Assembly (NCBI RefSeq): GCF_000150275.1
Contig: NW_002060960.1
Span: 1,068,469-1,132,468 of the forward strand
DNA: 64,000 bases
Origin: Trichoplax adhaerens
Taxonomy: Eukaryota > Animalia > Placozoa
Direction: 5' to 3'
In this document: one piece after another, positions 42,201 through 55,500 of the stretch
Layout: every line of letters begins with the position of its first letter
Position numbering within the stretch: position 1 is the first letter of the stretch
Notes under the pieces: generated by a model
Told to the model about the DNA's origin: nothing
The model's database searches: none
Seen by the model: only the letters and a program-made list of their open reading frames with translations
Program-made: the position numbers and the translations under genes

Positions 42201-44903
42201 TTGGAAATATCTTGTACTCTAGCTAACTTATACCGTAGCACTAGCTTAATATAGAAGTAACCTATTTTCATGAATCATTCGCGCCTATAAATAATTTCCT
42301 CCTGCTGTGCTTCTAACATTATAACAGCTATTTTCTTTCGTCTATCTCGTTGTTTAGTTCTGGTAGTTGCACGGTAAGCTTGCACGCTTTATCTGTTCTA
42401 CACTACTATAGTTATTCGACTAATCACGTCGTTACTCGCACATTAGATAATGTTACACGATTATTCTCTTACACTCGCTCAATAAAGGTTACTCTTCCGT
42501 TAAGTATTCTATTGTACTATTGCGACTAATGGCAAACTCTCAATCTTCCGAAACATCACAGTATTTAACGGTGTTTTGCACTCAATTAATTAGTTAAGCA
42601 TAATAATTATGGTATAATTTCCATAACAATATTCAGTAGTAAGTTTAATAGGCATACTGTACATATTGAACTTTATTTGTTCAATTTTCAAGAAATGTTT
42701 TGTCATCAGCTTGAACATGGTTATAATATTAATTAGAATAATATTATTAGGTCTATCTAAATTTTACAGCAATCCTTTGATTTTGATACCTTAACGGCAA
42801 GAAGGTAATCAGTAAATTAATTTTTATTAATGGAAGAATATCTGTATAGCCTAGATGTTCTTCATTACTAAAAACTTTTCATTATTATTCTTTCACTTCT
42901 TTTGGAAAAGGAAAATAAATAGCTTGTAATGGTATATATGAATAAGTCGTCAGTGTAAGCTGCGAAAAGACATCGTGTTAATAGCTATTCTTTCTTAGAA
43001 TAACATTTTGTATCAGTGTCAATAAGTCAACTTCAAATAGATGGTCATCAAACTTGATAAAATAAGAAAATTTAATACGTTAATGCAGACTGTGCAACTA
43101 CCATTACACTGTTACAAAGTAGCGCAATACTCTCACATTTACATGGAATTCTATGCTTCTATATCAAGACGAAATAGTATGAAGATAAATACTAAATTTG
43201 TTTACAAATAAAATCATAGATAGTCAAAATATTTCCTCCGTCAATGGTATTACATTTGTTTATGAGACGGTTCATAAGGATATAGTCCAGTCTCTTTTCG
43301 ATAAATTCAAAATAAAAGCTGATCGATATCTACGTCCTCAATATTTCTAAAATTTATAAATTCGTTGTAGAATTTTAAAATTAGTTTCGTAAAGTTCTAG
43401 TTTGCAAATTTTAAGAATACAGAAATTTTGAATCCGATTAGTGAAAATAAAAGATGATACAGAAAACTGTAGTACAACGTCTACACTTATCCTTTCTATC
43501 TTATTGAAATGAACAAGAGTTCCTTTTTTTTGGAGGTTATTATGATGGAGGGTTCGAAGGGTCAGATAATGTGGTTTTAGTTGCCATGCAGAGAATTGCA
43601 CAAGGAGTTTAAGAAAAGAGGATACTTTATTGTAGATAGTAGTTAGGTACAATGTGATAATTACGGTAGGTCAGCGTGGTAGCTGCCGTGAGTAAAGTGT
43701 GAATACTAACTGTGACTAATAATGCAACTTAACAAATCTAAGGTAGAAAATGGCGGTATTTATAGCTATGGCATTAAAACACATGCAGAGAATATTATTG
43801 TAGGATTAGATACAACGCTGTTACAGTGTAACTACCAAATTCGCCACTTCTAGTTGCCTANNNNNNNNNNNNNNNNNNNNNNNNNNNNNNNNNNNNNNNN
43901 NNNNNNNNNNNNNNNNNNNNNNNNNNNNNNNNNNNNNNNNNNNNNNNNNNNNNNNNNNNNNNNNNNNNNNNNNNNNNNNNNNNNNNNNNCCTTTTGTTAA
44001 AAAAACTTTAGCATATCGCTAATTTTACTTTTAGATTTTAAGTATCCATGTCAATAAAACATATATATGTTCTAGTTACAGTTGGTGCCAAAACATCGAA
44101 TGTTTTAGTAAATACTTTATTAGAGTCATTTTTTACGTACTACTTTATCCATTGAGATTAAATTTGTGATTGTAATTTCAGCTTTATATATTTATCAATA
44201 TAAATAAGTACGTAAATAAATACTAACCGTTAAACAGATGGCAAGAAATGGACTCTTTTTCGGCCGATTGGTTTGCGTTATCTTCTACTAGCGATTCTTG
44301 AGTAATTGATATTGGAAGATCACCTTAAAAGAGATTGTGTGATTACGAAATAAGTTTAGCAATGCTATAGAGCAGGATTAGAAGCTCATTATGATTTCAA
44401 CTTCTTGCGTAATTACGATAGCCGTTCGCTTCATATTAAATTCAAAATTGAACTAAGACGATCGAAAAACCAAATTTTAAGTTGCAAACATTAAGTTCTA
44501 AAATGTAACTAGGCTATTTAACTATTAATCATAAACCGAATAGATTGTCACGAGTAAATCCTATCAAAAGTTAATTTGTTAGGATATTACCACAGTTCAG
44601 TGCTTCATCGCCGTAAACATCCCTCCGCAAGTGCATTCCAAGCTTATTTGAGATTTTACTTTGATGTTGGCACAATAGATTGCAAAATAGATCAAACTGG
44701 CCATCATCACGGCATTTTAAGAGTTTGATAAAAACAGTATTTCTTTGCTTTGAATTTTGAATCTTGCGAAGCTCGTCGATATCATTATCGGATAGTAAAT
44801 GGTTTTCTTGCAAATCGCTTAATAATTCTAGTAGTTGTAAGTTGGTTACTATCTTGGTTAGGTTCCTATTGATGATATTATCGATAAATTGACTTACTCC
44901 CAT
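30262..44903 (-). CDS. Apaf-1-like protein: CARD, linker, winged helix, helical domain 2, divergent WD40-like repeats; nucleotide-binding core not visible
   Basis: Exon 44903-44591 is a CARD-like death fold (LTKIVTNLQLLELLSDLQENHLLSDNDIDELR...FIKLLKCR..GQFDLFCNLL). Exon 41622-41457 is WHD-like (LALFPKLWRIPVDIIATVW...LLKEFSHYGLL). The exon from 37180 is HD2-like (YFYKNFIKHAIQA...LLDFNWITAKL...DLRIDL). Downstream beta-propeller-like exons follow (e.g. VTDIKISSDGKFLAF). The 3' end at 30262 is tentative and some internal exons are unresolved. Confidence 0.72.
36415..36739. repeat. Diverged direct repeat pair (about 125 bp) in an intron
   Basis: CTAACTTGAAGAGACT...AGTTAAAA.TTATACCAATA...ATAAAGTAG.ATTACTA occurs at 36415-36540 and 36617-36739. 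Confidence 0.8.
37748..38300 (+). mobile_element. Possible 5' fragment of another Tc1/mariner-like element
   Basis: A TA-CAAGTCGGCCACAAATC terminus-like sequence lies at about 37748. A degenerate transposase N-terminal motif TVKKFESTGSIVD (KF..TGSV.D type) lies at about 38248-38290. Confidence 0.4.
38565..40001 (+). mobile_element. Degenerate Tc1/mariner-superfamily DNA transposon of DD41D (rosa/Visitor) type, interrupted by a solo LTR
   Basis: Transposase remnants: IIFSGEA (first D lost), HNCR, KLHVWCGL..GLIGPFYF, FHQD-x41-D (WPAKSPDLNSCDFFLWGY) and, after the LTR, NFKQRIGLCIQVEGG. Stops and a frameshift are present. Imperfect TIRs: TAAGGTGTGAGAAAAATAT (38565) versus the reverse complement TAAGGTGTGCCAAGAATAT (39983-40001). 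Confidence 0.88.
39232..39717 (+). mobile_element. Solo LTR (family A), 486 bp
   Basis: Starts TGTAG and ends CATCACA. Flanked by a perfect 5-bp TSD CAGAC (39227-39231 and 39718-39722). Internal TATAAA (about 39472) and AATAAA (about 39627). It splits the transposase just after FFLWGY. Confidence 0.9.
40466..41090. repeat. Degenerate intronic repeats
   Basis: An about 70-bp pair lies at about 40570-40640 and 40856-40925 (GCAA.TT.AATTCGAGAA...AAGTA.T.TATGAAGT...CCTATC). ATATCATAACC recurs at about 40466, 40659 and 41068. Confidence 0.6.
42070..42560 (+). mobile_element. Solo LTR (family B), 491 bp
   Basis: Starts TGTAGAG and ends CATCACA. Perfect 5-bp TSD GTATT (42065-42069 and 42561-42565). 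Internal TATAAA and AATAAA. A second copy lies at 23081-23402. Confidence 0.9.
43541..43860 (-). mobile_element. LTR copy (family A-like) running into the assembly gap
   Basis: The reverse complement aligns to about 39415-39717 (GTTGTATCTAAT..ATTCTCTGCATGTG..CTATAAATACC..TTACTCACG.CAGCT..CACGCTGA.CTACCGTAA..CTACAATAAAG..TCGAACCCTCCATCA). It ends in CATCATA. Confidence 0.82.
43861..43989. other. Assembly gap (129 N)
   Basis: Run of N characters. Confidence 1.
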
Positions 44904-47900
44904 TTTTACTTTCAACAAGACATTACTCAATTAACTTTTATAGTGAAACCAGTGTTAAAATTTATGATATAGGTCAAAAGATATTCGGTATGAGAGACAC
45001 GGTAGTATCTCTTTTAAAGTGAAAAGTGAAAAGATTTTTGGACTGCTATAGAAAGAGATGATCGATGAAATTGCGAACTGTAATTGGAATCAGACTTCTA
45101 ACTCAGTATTTATCTTATTTTCTAAAATTCGATAGGATAGGACTACACAATACTTAATTAAATGAGAAAGCTAATTAATTTTATTAATGTTAATTAATAA
45201 TATTTCATTCTGTCAAATTTTTTAATCATTATACTTCCTAGCGCATCTCTTACAAAATGATTACCACCTTTGCAGCTTCTATTACCTGCCATATTATACA
45301 CGATTACTTCAAATTTATTTCTTTTAATTCTAAATCCATCACGAGAACAGGCCAGACAATTTATTTTTAGCTTTTCTATGTAGAAATGAAAATTTTTTGT
45401 TTTGTTCTGGGAAGATATATGGAAGCTATTATATAATACCAAAACTTCTATTTTTAAACAATACTCAGCCATCCAGTAATTAATACAAAATCATAAATAG
45501 ATTCTGTTCTATACCACTGTGTAATTTCGCTATAATTTATTAATAACACTGCAGTTTTTATGTATTTATTAATATAAAGTCTAGAATACCCGTATACTGT
45601 CTGTTATTTACACGATACTTCCCCTATTGAAAGGTTAAGTAGTAGTACATGTCGAAGTGTTCTTAAATTAATTGAAAAATGTCTAATCGTGGTCACACAT
45701 TTGCTTTAAAAATAAAGTTTTTATAGCCGATCAGCATTACTTTGCTTACTGTAGACTAATTAATTAAATTATTATCTGGAAGAATGCATTTGTGAAGTAA
45801 TAAAGTTATCCCTTATTATATCATCATTTACAAGACAAAAATTATCAGCAAAATTTTTAAGTAGGCATTTGTAATTCTGCTATCGTTCAACTTATATACC
45901 ATAATTAAAGAATATTAACAAATTATTAAAATTCTAAATAAACTCATCTTTAACTTCCGGTCTGATCGAAACTTGAAATTTATTGGAATGACAACGTACT
46001 ACCTTCTAGTCAATTTGGGTTGTTGTAAAAGCTTTATTCGCTACCGGTGGCTTTCAATAGCGTTAATATCAATTCTTAATTTATTAAATTTCATAAGTAA
46101 ATGCGCACATTTTAATTCACCATGTTGATAGACCATATAAAAGTGTTACAGTCTCAATTTAAATTCTGTCTACATATAACTTACTACTAATTTAAAGAAT
46201 AACAAGTACCATTATTTACTGAGTCATGAGTATTAAGAACATTAGCAATCGTGCACTAACGGCATATTTGCTAATACAAATGATCATTTAGCGCAAAAGT
46301 ATGCAATTACTTTGCCCATTATTTCTTTATCATTTACGAAATTGTTACCATTTAAGCGGATTTAATTTATTTTCATTTCTTATTTTTAGACTTGTAATTG
46401 TAATTTGTGAACTATTATGCTTGTATCTATGAATGGATGACAATTAACTCACGAATCCTTAACGCTGCATTCGAATAATAAGTAAATCAATTTTGTTACG
46501 TGATTTACTTATATTATTATTTGCTCTTGTTTTCAATTTTCGCATAATGTAATCATATCTGCCATAGTGTTAGTCATTCTCATTATGTGGACGATACTTG
46601 ATTAATCTCTACAGTTGGATAATATACCATTTACGCTAATGATTTTTATTTTAACTTATCAACAATTATTTAAATATAAACATCTTTCTTCAAATTTTTC
46701 GCTAAAGTTAAACATTACACTTAGGTAGATAGGATTATACGAACTGCTATATTCTGTTAATTAAGGAACCATTATGATATTATAATGATCAACTATAAGT
46801 CATTTCTCTCAACGATTACTTAGTTGTATCTTTCATTTGCAAGTGTTATTGCTCATTTTTAGATTTTACAGTATTTCCCTATAGTGTACGGGTTATTTGC
46901 CCTAGGTAAGATGCCATCACTGTATTGCCTACACAAAACTAATGTAATTAGCTGAAATCACTACATTCCGATATTTAATACCATATTCTAATCTTTCAAG
47001 ATATATAATTTTTCACAGCCTAATATTTCAGCAAGATTCTAGATTCACAGTTATACCATCAAGCTTTTAAAGTACTAATCAGATGTAGCCTAATTCTAAT
47101 TCCAGCAATTTCAAAGTAGCCATTTTTGTTTGTATAATAATTACCCAATTTTGCTATCGTTTTAATTTCCTGAGGAAGCTTAAGCTTACACTTTTAGCTA
47201 TGGCAAATGTGATCGAGGACTAACATATCTAACTGACATCTCGAAATAATGCATATATTTGTAATTTAATATTACTAGCGTTACTATTTAAGATGACAAA
47301 GAGAAACTATATCATAGAGATTTATGGTCAGTTTTTTGAGGCAAATTAGATATGGAATAATTTGAACCAACGCAGAACCTCACCCTGAGAGTCTATTCCT
47401 GAACTTTTTAAGTAGTAGTGACAATTCCAATACTGCTATTAGTTTGTAATGGTTTGTATAGATTAAAGTATATTAGCGGGCTGTGGCTGATGATGAAACG
47501 GTGAAGTAACGTAGTAGCTATTACATTGTTATTCGAGTGATTCTCACCATAAAATTTTATAATACTAGATAGTAGTGCTCGTATAATTCAGATTGAAAAT
47601 ATCGTTATAAAATTTGCTATAGAGATATTGAATTAAAATAACACTAATCAAATTGACCTATGATTACAGCGTCAGTTAGATCACCCTATCGATAATAGCA
47701 TAAATCACTTAAAGGGTACGTAATCTATCAGATTGCAACACTTAGACTGCTTTTAATAAATTTCTTTTTTGAGTTTGAATTGGGTATAAAGAACTTTAAT
47801 TAATTCCGAATACGTGATTAAATGAACTGCTATTGTTAGAAATTTTTAATTGTGATGCAAATTCTAAGATACCTATCTAATAGCTCAAAAGCATTTAGGT

Positions 47901-50900
47901 AACATGTTCTAATCCTATTATCTAGCTTAAAGGTTAAGCTAAAACGATGCCAGTAGCTATTTCGTAGGGTTAGATAATAAATATCTTGCGCTTTGATCAT
48001 TACACTCTTGCTTAAAAAACTAGATACTACGACGTACTATCTATATTGGTGCATACCTTACGCTAGATCACTACAGTAATCTACTTGGCTACTAAGGCAA
48101 TGGTTGCTAGTTCTTTCAATACTCTACAGTACTTTTTCATGTGTGTCACAAAACAGCTTTGCAACAAGATAACGCAATATACGATCAATAAGTCAATTCC
48201 TTGAACCACGTATCAAGGAACGATATCTGCACTATCAGAAACACTTTTGCTCTACTAGCAGACTACACAAAGACTTAAACGCCTCGTATTTTACGTTAAA
48301 CACTAAGTTGGAGAAATTCTTCTTTATTTCACGATATACTACATTTATATACTATTCCTCAATAGTTCATGAGTCATAGTTAATACAATTAACATTAGAA
48401 TCATTTACTGAATTAGATATTAATTTTAGCTACTGCTCCCTTAATGCAGACAACAGTATTTACGAACATAGACATGTAATGACTAATACAGAATAGTCAG
48501 ATTACGATATGTCCTATCGCGGAACATTTCCATGATAATTTACAGTCTACCATAAGTAAATTACAATCACAATGATTCGAACTGTAAGCAGATGATTTGC
48601 ATTCCCTATTATAACTATTAATTTCAGTATGTGTATAAGTGTCACTGTCATAAAAAGTCAGTGCTGTATTAAAACACAGTATATCCAAATTAGAAGTTAA
48701 CTAAATAAGGATAGTCTAACAGAATTATCCTAACATAGTTATTTCTACTGTAATACAGTATTTAACACTGTAACAATGTGATATCTAGTAAGCTATATCA
48801 GTAAGACACTAAAATTTGATTGCAACGATTGATATATTCTAGCTAACCAATACTCTAAGGTACATCTTCTTAAGACTACTTTTGCGTTCATGCATCAGCG
48901 TGATCAGTCATTCGCAAGCTTGAAATTCTGAGTATCATTTTAATCAAATAAACATTTGATGCAACTTTTTATACGAATCTTTACTTCATCATTTTAGTAT
49001 TTGACTATATGGTTTGCTAGATCTGAAATCCAAACTTCAAAATTGAAATATTATCAGTTTCTTAATCAAAATAATGAAATAGGGTACTAGAGATTTCAAT
49101 AAAAATCTAAAAGTTTTCAATGATACAGTACTTTACGCAAAAATATTTTTAAATATTTAAGAAGTGGGTACAGTGTTTGCAAGTTTATTGCCATTGCAAA
49201 TTGGCCAATAGAGTATCCCGCAATTGTTTTAACTTTCCCGACTATTATAAATAGCAACTGCTTTAATAAATTTGATGATATTGAGCATTATAATTAGATA
49301 GTTAATATTACTGGATAAAAAGTATCCATGTTATTGTTTAAAGTATGGTATATTAGTCTAGGACGTAAAAATTTTATTTTTCAACTTTCAACTTCAATAG
49401 CTGCATATAACTACTATAGTTCCAGTTTATTAAAATTAGGCTATTAAATTTAATAGTTTAAGGTGCAATCAGAGACGATAACAACTAAAAATTAAATTTG
49501 CAAAATGGATAAAGAAGGGAAATGAACCTACATTCTTTTAATTCCTTTAGAAATTGCAGATATTTATGATTCTGTTAACGTGAAGCAACGGGTTTTACCG
49601 TCTTTACATCGACAAGAATTAGGGCTTGAGCTTACAGCAATTTGCTAATTTGCAATACATTAACCGCAAAAAGAAGAAGCCAACAGGCTGATAAAAAAGT
49701 TATCTTTAGTATTTTTAACGCTAAACCGATCTTTCGCAAAATAATTGCTTGAAAGGGATAGGAAGGTTAGTGAAATTAAGTATAATATATGATATATTTA
49801 TAGTTTTGTGTTCTGAATTATTTTTTAGCGTATCGGAGAAACACATATTTAATGAATAAATTAATAGTAAGAACGTAATTAAAATGGGAAATACTTCTGA
49901 TTGGTTGGCAGATTATACAATTTTATTTTTATGTCACATGTCACACAGGGCACGATTTTAGGCACTCTGATGAGTAGAACTTCCTTTATAATTACGTAAA
50001 CATAATTAACTGCTAATATTATTTTTCTAGTCAATATACAGTGGTATTTTGGTGAAATTATAGTACACTATGAAGAGTTAATGAAAGTAAAATACTGCCT
50101 CCGTATATCAACTTTTGGCCGTTTCTGTTTCATAGGAGATGATAATATCATGGGTCTGTACTTAATATCTGAATGACTCACACTTATTACTGTCTGTGCT
50201 ATTAGTCAGAGTGTGCATTTAATATTAATATTCAATTACTGTACTCAGCTTAAAGAGAGAAGTATACTGTGCATTCATATAGCGAATCTTTCGAGGCTTA
50301 GTACTGTAGAATAGCAATTTTCTATTGCCGTAACAATTGCCATGAAGCTACCAGTCTATTACAATATACTTATGCTGAAGTTAGTACCTTATTGAAAGTG
50401 ATTCAAACTTTTTGATATGATATTTTCATAAAGTTACAGCACATATTTTCAATCATCGCACTGTACTGTATTTATACGGCATTGCTATGCTTTAAGTATA
50501 AATCAGTCAAATTAATAGATTGAAGATTTTACTGCTATAACGAAGCTTATACTAATATACCGAACTACTGCAGAGTTTAGTGAATGTATTTGTAACATTA
50601 CTTTATGAGAATAAAAGAACAAACATTGAAATAAGTTTGTTTGATGGGAATACAGTACTTTATATCTAAAGAAATGGCCCTTTTACAGCATTTTTGTAAG
50701 GTTTACTATCAGGCACTAGATGTAGCCGATCCGTTTTTGGTACAAGTTTTACTTTGCTCTGTAGCAAATGTTTTCGTCAGGTTAATATTTTGTAACGGAC
50801 ATTACCCGAAACGTAATTCTATTGATGTATGTTATCATGGCAATTCCATACGAAGAATGTGTTGTAAAGAGAGAATTATTTGTGGACGCTAAATTAATTT

Positions 50901-52530
50901 TTAAATATTTATAAAAGGGAAGTGCTGTATTGCTGTAGTATATATCATAAATGTAATGATTTTAGCTAATTAAAGTGGTTATGCGTTAGGGTTACGAAAA
51001 TACAAAGACAGTATAGATTTTATTCTTCTGCATAGTGAATTTCTGTTTCTAAGTACGCAATATTGCGCTTTATGTGAAATATTTTCTATTCCTTTATTTA
51101 TGCTAGTAATTAAAGCATTTTAATAGTAGGTTATTTAAAATTAATTGTAATTCACTACCTGAACTCATCGCCTGCTGCGTATCTATTTACTCATATATTC
51201 TCCAGTGCCTTATAAAACTGCAATTTTGAGCCGTTCGTTCCTCGGATATTAAGATTTATTAACTAGAAATATAGATACTTTGCGATACAGTTACGTATAT
51301 AAGATTTAAATAAAGAACTAGTTTACTGCATTTATCTATTGCTTTGGTATCAACTATATCCTTGTTTTCAATGTTAGTAGCAGAGTTGCAATCGTGACTA
51401 CCTTACATTGAGTAATAATATCACAATCTTTAAATATGGATCGTAAGGTCACTTTATTTAACCACAAAAATTGGTAGCAGTGCATAATTAACAATGTTTC
51501 AAAAGCATTTTTTAATATTAAACGTTACGTTCTTTAACTTGAAAGTAGCTTTAAAACCTCTTCATTACTTTATTTTTATTATATATATAATAAAAATAAG
51601 AGTATTAATTGTCACATCTTTTAACTGTTGATAGCGATAAATATAAGAGTAGAGTATTCTTGAGTTAGAATTGCTACTTTTGAAAGGGTGCATCACGTCT
51701 AGAAAGAATCTTTTATAGGCTTATAGTCAGTGGATTTATGGCAAATCCTTTCCATCCTTTAATTGCTCAAAGTAATGCTTCGTAATAAAATGCAATAAAG
51801 TATACTTAAAGAATTGCATTATACTGTAGTTCTGTTAATATTAAGTTATTCATTTAGAACTAGTGAAGCCATTGATTAAGTAATTGTAATGTAACTAGTA
51901 TTGTGATTGTAGACTGTTAGCCATGTGTAGTATAATGTACGGTAGACATTTATCCTAAGAGATATTTGGTAGCTATAACTATAGATTGTAGTGGTAGAGA
52001 CTCTATGCTAGAGTACAGATGATTATATACAGTAAGGTGTTGAGTTACTAATAAGGCTATAGGTAAAAATAGAACTGTAAATCATATATTAGGATATGGT
52101 TAAGTCATTGTACTTTGGCTGGTGTGAATAATGTCTACATAAGTACTGTAGTCGTATCCGTATTGGATTAATGATGGTCCGCAGTAGAATAGTCTTACTA
52201 AGAATAATTTAACTATGTGTAAAATAAAGTAAAAGGTTGCCATGCGGATTGTAGCTGCGAATGCTACAGAAAGTATAAAAGCATGCAACTTTAGATTATT
52301 CTGTTAGTTCGTTCTAGAAATCTTTAGTAGTAGTATTCGGCTAGAGTATAGCAGTGTGTAGTTAGTCTTTGTATAAGATTCAATAAAGCCCTTATTTTTC
52401 TAAAATTTGAAATTTCGTGATTGGTATATATCGCAGTAATGTAAAGAAGAAAGAATTTTGTCTTTTTAATTCTTGTCTTCACTGTAACTAGTTTGGTTCA
52501 TGTCAGATCTAAATTGTACTGTAAGTCCAC

Positions 52531-55500
52531 TTAACTGTAGAAATTGGAAATGCAGGTCACAATTGTTATAAGTACAAGTGACGCCTTTGGCATCTTTTGC
52601 GCTCCATTGGAAATCACTAAGCAAAGGTTATAGTAGTTAAAATGCGGCTTACATAGGCTTGCTTACAGAATACTTCAATAAAATTACTGTAGACAAAAAT
52701 TAGAAGTTACCTTCAACGTTGTTGACCCTAAGATCGTCAATAGCATATACAAAAGATGTTGGGATGGATTTCTTTGCCATACTCCTTAGCGTAATTTCAA
52801 ACTAGGATTCAAATACGTCGATATAAAGTTAGTAAGTGATTGATTTTACCGAAAAAATTACTTCCTGATCTGGATCCTTTATAAACGGTATTTTGCTATC
52901 ATGATGTTGTAGTAGAAATTACTATCCTTAGATAGTAATATAAATAAATTACTATGCATACAATACTATTTTTAGCTGCTGCTACATTTACTTAGAATGC
53001 TCAAGTTTAGGAATACAAAAAAATATAGTAGCAGCTGCTAGCTAATAGCCTGATTACAATAAAAATATTAGTATATAGCGTTATTGAAGTGATAAGCAAG
53101 CGATTACTTCGCCCATAAATCAATTACAGCCATCCTATCGTTCAGTCAGTTTTTTACCTTACCTGAAAATCTTCATGTAAATTATCTTCTACTTCTATCC
53201 ACATTGTTTGGAATTGTCTAGTAGGTTCATCAATCGATCTGGATTCGATGATATGATCTCGGGTAGAATCTCGACGCAACTTATAACTTACTGAAATTTG
53301 ACCATGCGGGATTCCATCAACATAATAATCGAATAAAATCTATTAACAGTAAAATCAAATTAGTAAGGTAAATTCTAACCTTATTTCCTAATATTGATTC
53401 ATGTTTAAAATAATCGCTACGAACAAAATAAAAGCATAACTTACTTGAATTTTATTTCCGCTATTCTGCCTAAAGATTGGACTAATCAATTTACTATTAC
53501 GTTCAGTATCGTCAAAAGGATTTCTCTGCACGTAAATAAAATACTTATCCAGTCGATCTAGACAAGATAGGCGTAAAAAAAGAAAATTTTGGAGCTCCAG
53601 AAATGCCCTCTCGCTTTGCATGTTTAACGCATACAGTAAATTTGCTTACTTATTTGAAGCGGATTATTCCAACTTTCACCTCTATGCCATACCCACTTTA
53701 AATCTCCTGCCACCTTCCAACCACAATAGCTACGTATAAACGAGCATTGATCCGCTGTATAAACCATATCATGAGAGTAACATATTAATAATGATTCTAT
53801 CGTGCTTGTAGCATATGCTTAATGTAAGCATTTGAAATATTTCTTAACTATAGACATCTTTATAGTCTTATCGCTTTCCAGGTAAATATAGGTTTTCGTA
53901 GTTAGTTATTTGTAGCGTTTACAGTCTTTGCTATTTCTACAATCATTTGCTATTGCATAAGTATATTTTATGTTGTAGACTGCATCTTACTTAAGAATCT
54001 TAATCGCTATTCTCTATGTGTTTGTTACTAATAGTTTATTACCGTAAATAATATTTTGCGTTACTAAGTTATTAGAAAACTAGATAATGGTAGAGCTAAG
54101 AAGATTAGCATAGAAAGTGCGAGCTAAAATTAAGATGGAGAATTTAACACTTATACTCGTTTCCTAAGAGACCGTAGTATTAAGGCTATTCAATTGGATG
54201 ATTTCAGTTAGCATAATATTTTAATTAGCACTCCCTATTGCTTATGCTATACATTAGATGAATTACTCTGAGGATCAATATCTTATTTATTAATTTGTTA
54301 ATTAAGTTTTCCTTGCAGGAAAACCAGTAAATAGTATATAAAGGTATATAAGCTCGCTACTGATTAGTTAAAATAGAGTTGTAATTGGATTTACCCGGCG
54401 TAGCACGTTACTGGTAATAAATTTAACTTTCAAATATCGTTTCAAGTCACTGACTTTAGCTGTGGCTAAGGTTTCGAAGCATGTAGGGTTTAGTTCGACG
54501 CTTAGTAGCTGTAGTACCGCGTAAATTTTAAGTTTCCTTCAGTATTAACTAGCTAAGTAATACTCTAGTTATAAGTCCTAATTATAATTCTAGCAAATTG
54601 ATCCAAATATAAGTGAAGTGATGTGAGAGAGATCTTCCAGTTGCTTAAAAGACAATAAAACGAAGTTGTTGCTTGGTTCTATTTCTTTGTTTTAAACGGA
54701 GTTGTGGCAGTGCTTTATCTCTAAAACTATCAAAACTAACAATTTCTGCCTTAGATTCAATTAGTAGCAATATTCACAATATATTTATTATGTTAACGAT
54801 TTTTAAGTTGCTTTGTGATAGCTTACATGCTGCTCTACGTTAACTGCCTTACATGCTCAGCGATCAATAAGTATTCGAATATAGTAATATTGTAAGATGC
54901 CCGAATTGTGTAGCAATAACTAAGTTATTGCCAAATGCCTCGTTCATTTTGAATTATTAAGGAACGTTGCAGGGCAATATCTTCTAAATCTACTTCCTTT
55001 GAATTATTAAATATCCAATAACAACATGCTACTTATATTCAAATCGTAATAAAATTATGATATTATTTCTCAACGATAACACTTATGGATATTGTATTTC
55101 ATTTATCATATTAATTATTATAAAGTTAAAGGATGGCTTGCACTCTAGACCGCTTTAGTTTAAACTAAAATAACTTACATGGACTTGCGTGAGGTATCAT
55201 ACAAGTCGCAGTTGCAGGTAAGGATGAACGGCAGAATGCCGAAGACCGCTCAGTATTGATAACACATTGATCAATCGATGATTCATAGCCACGGCAGTCA
55301 ATGGATGTAATTAATGGTTTTGGATAATCTTTCTTTGGTGTATGGGCTAGTTAATAAATTAGGAAAATTTTCTAATAACATCGTGAAGCGTTGTATCATG
55401 AAAATACTATTCCTGTAAATTTAATATATTCAGCTGCGATACATTATGACTCAAACAGAATTTCTAACTATGAACATACTATCATGACGTAATGCAGCAG

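Noticed and set aside
45000-52400. Hidden gene or element in the long AT-rich intergenic stretch
   Set aside because: Only short ORFs without motifs; no repeat or TSD structure could be supported by eye.
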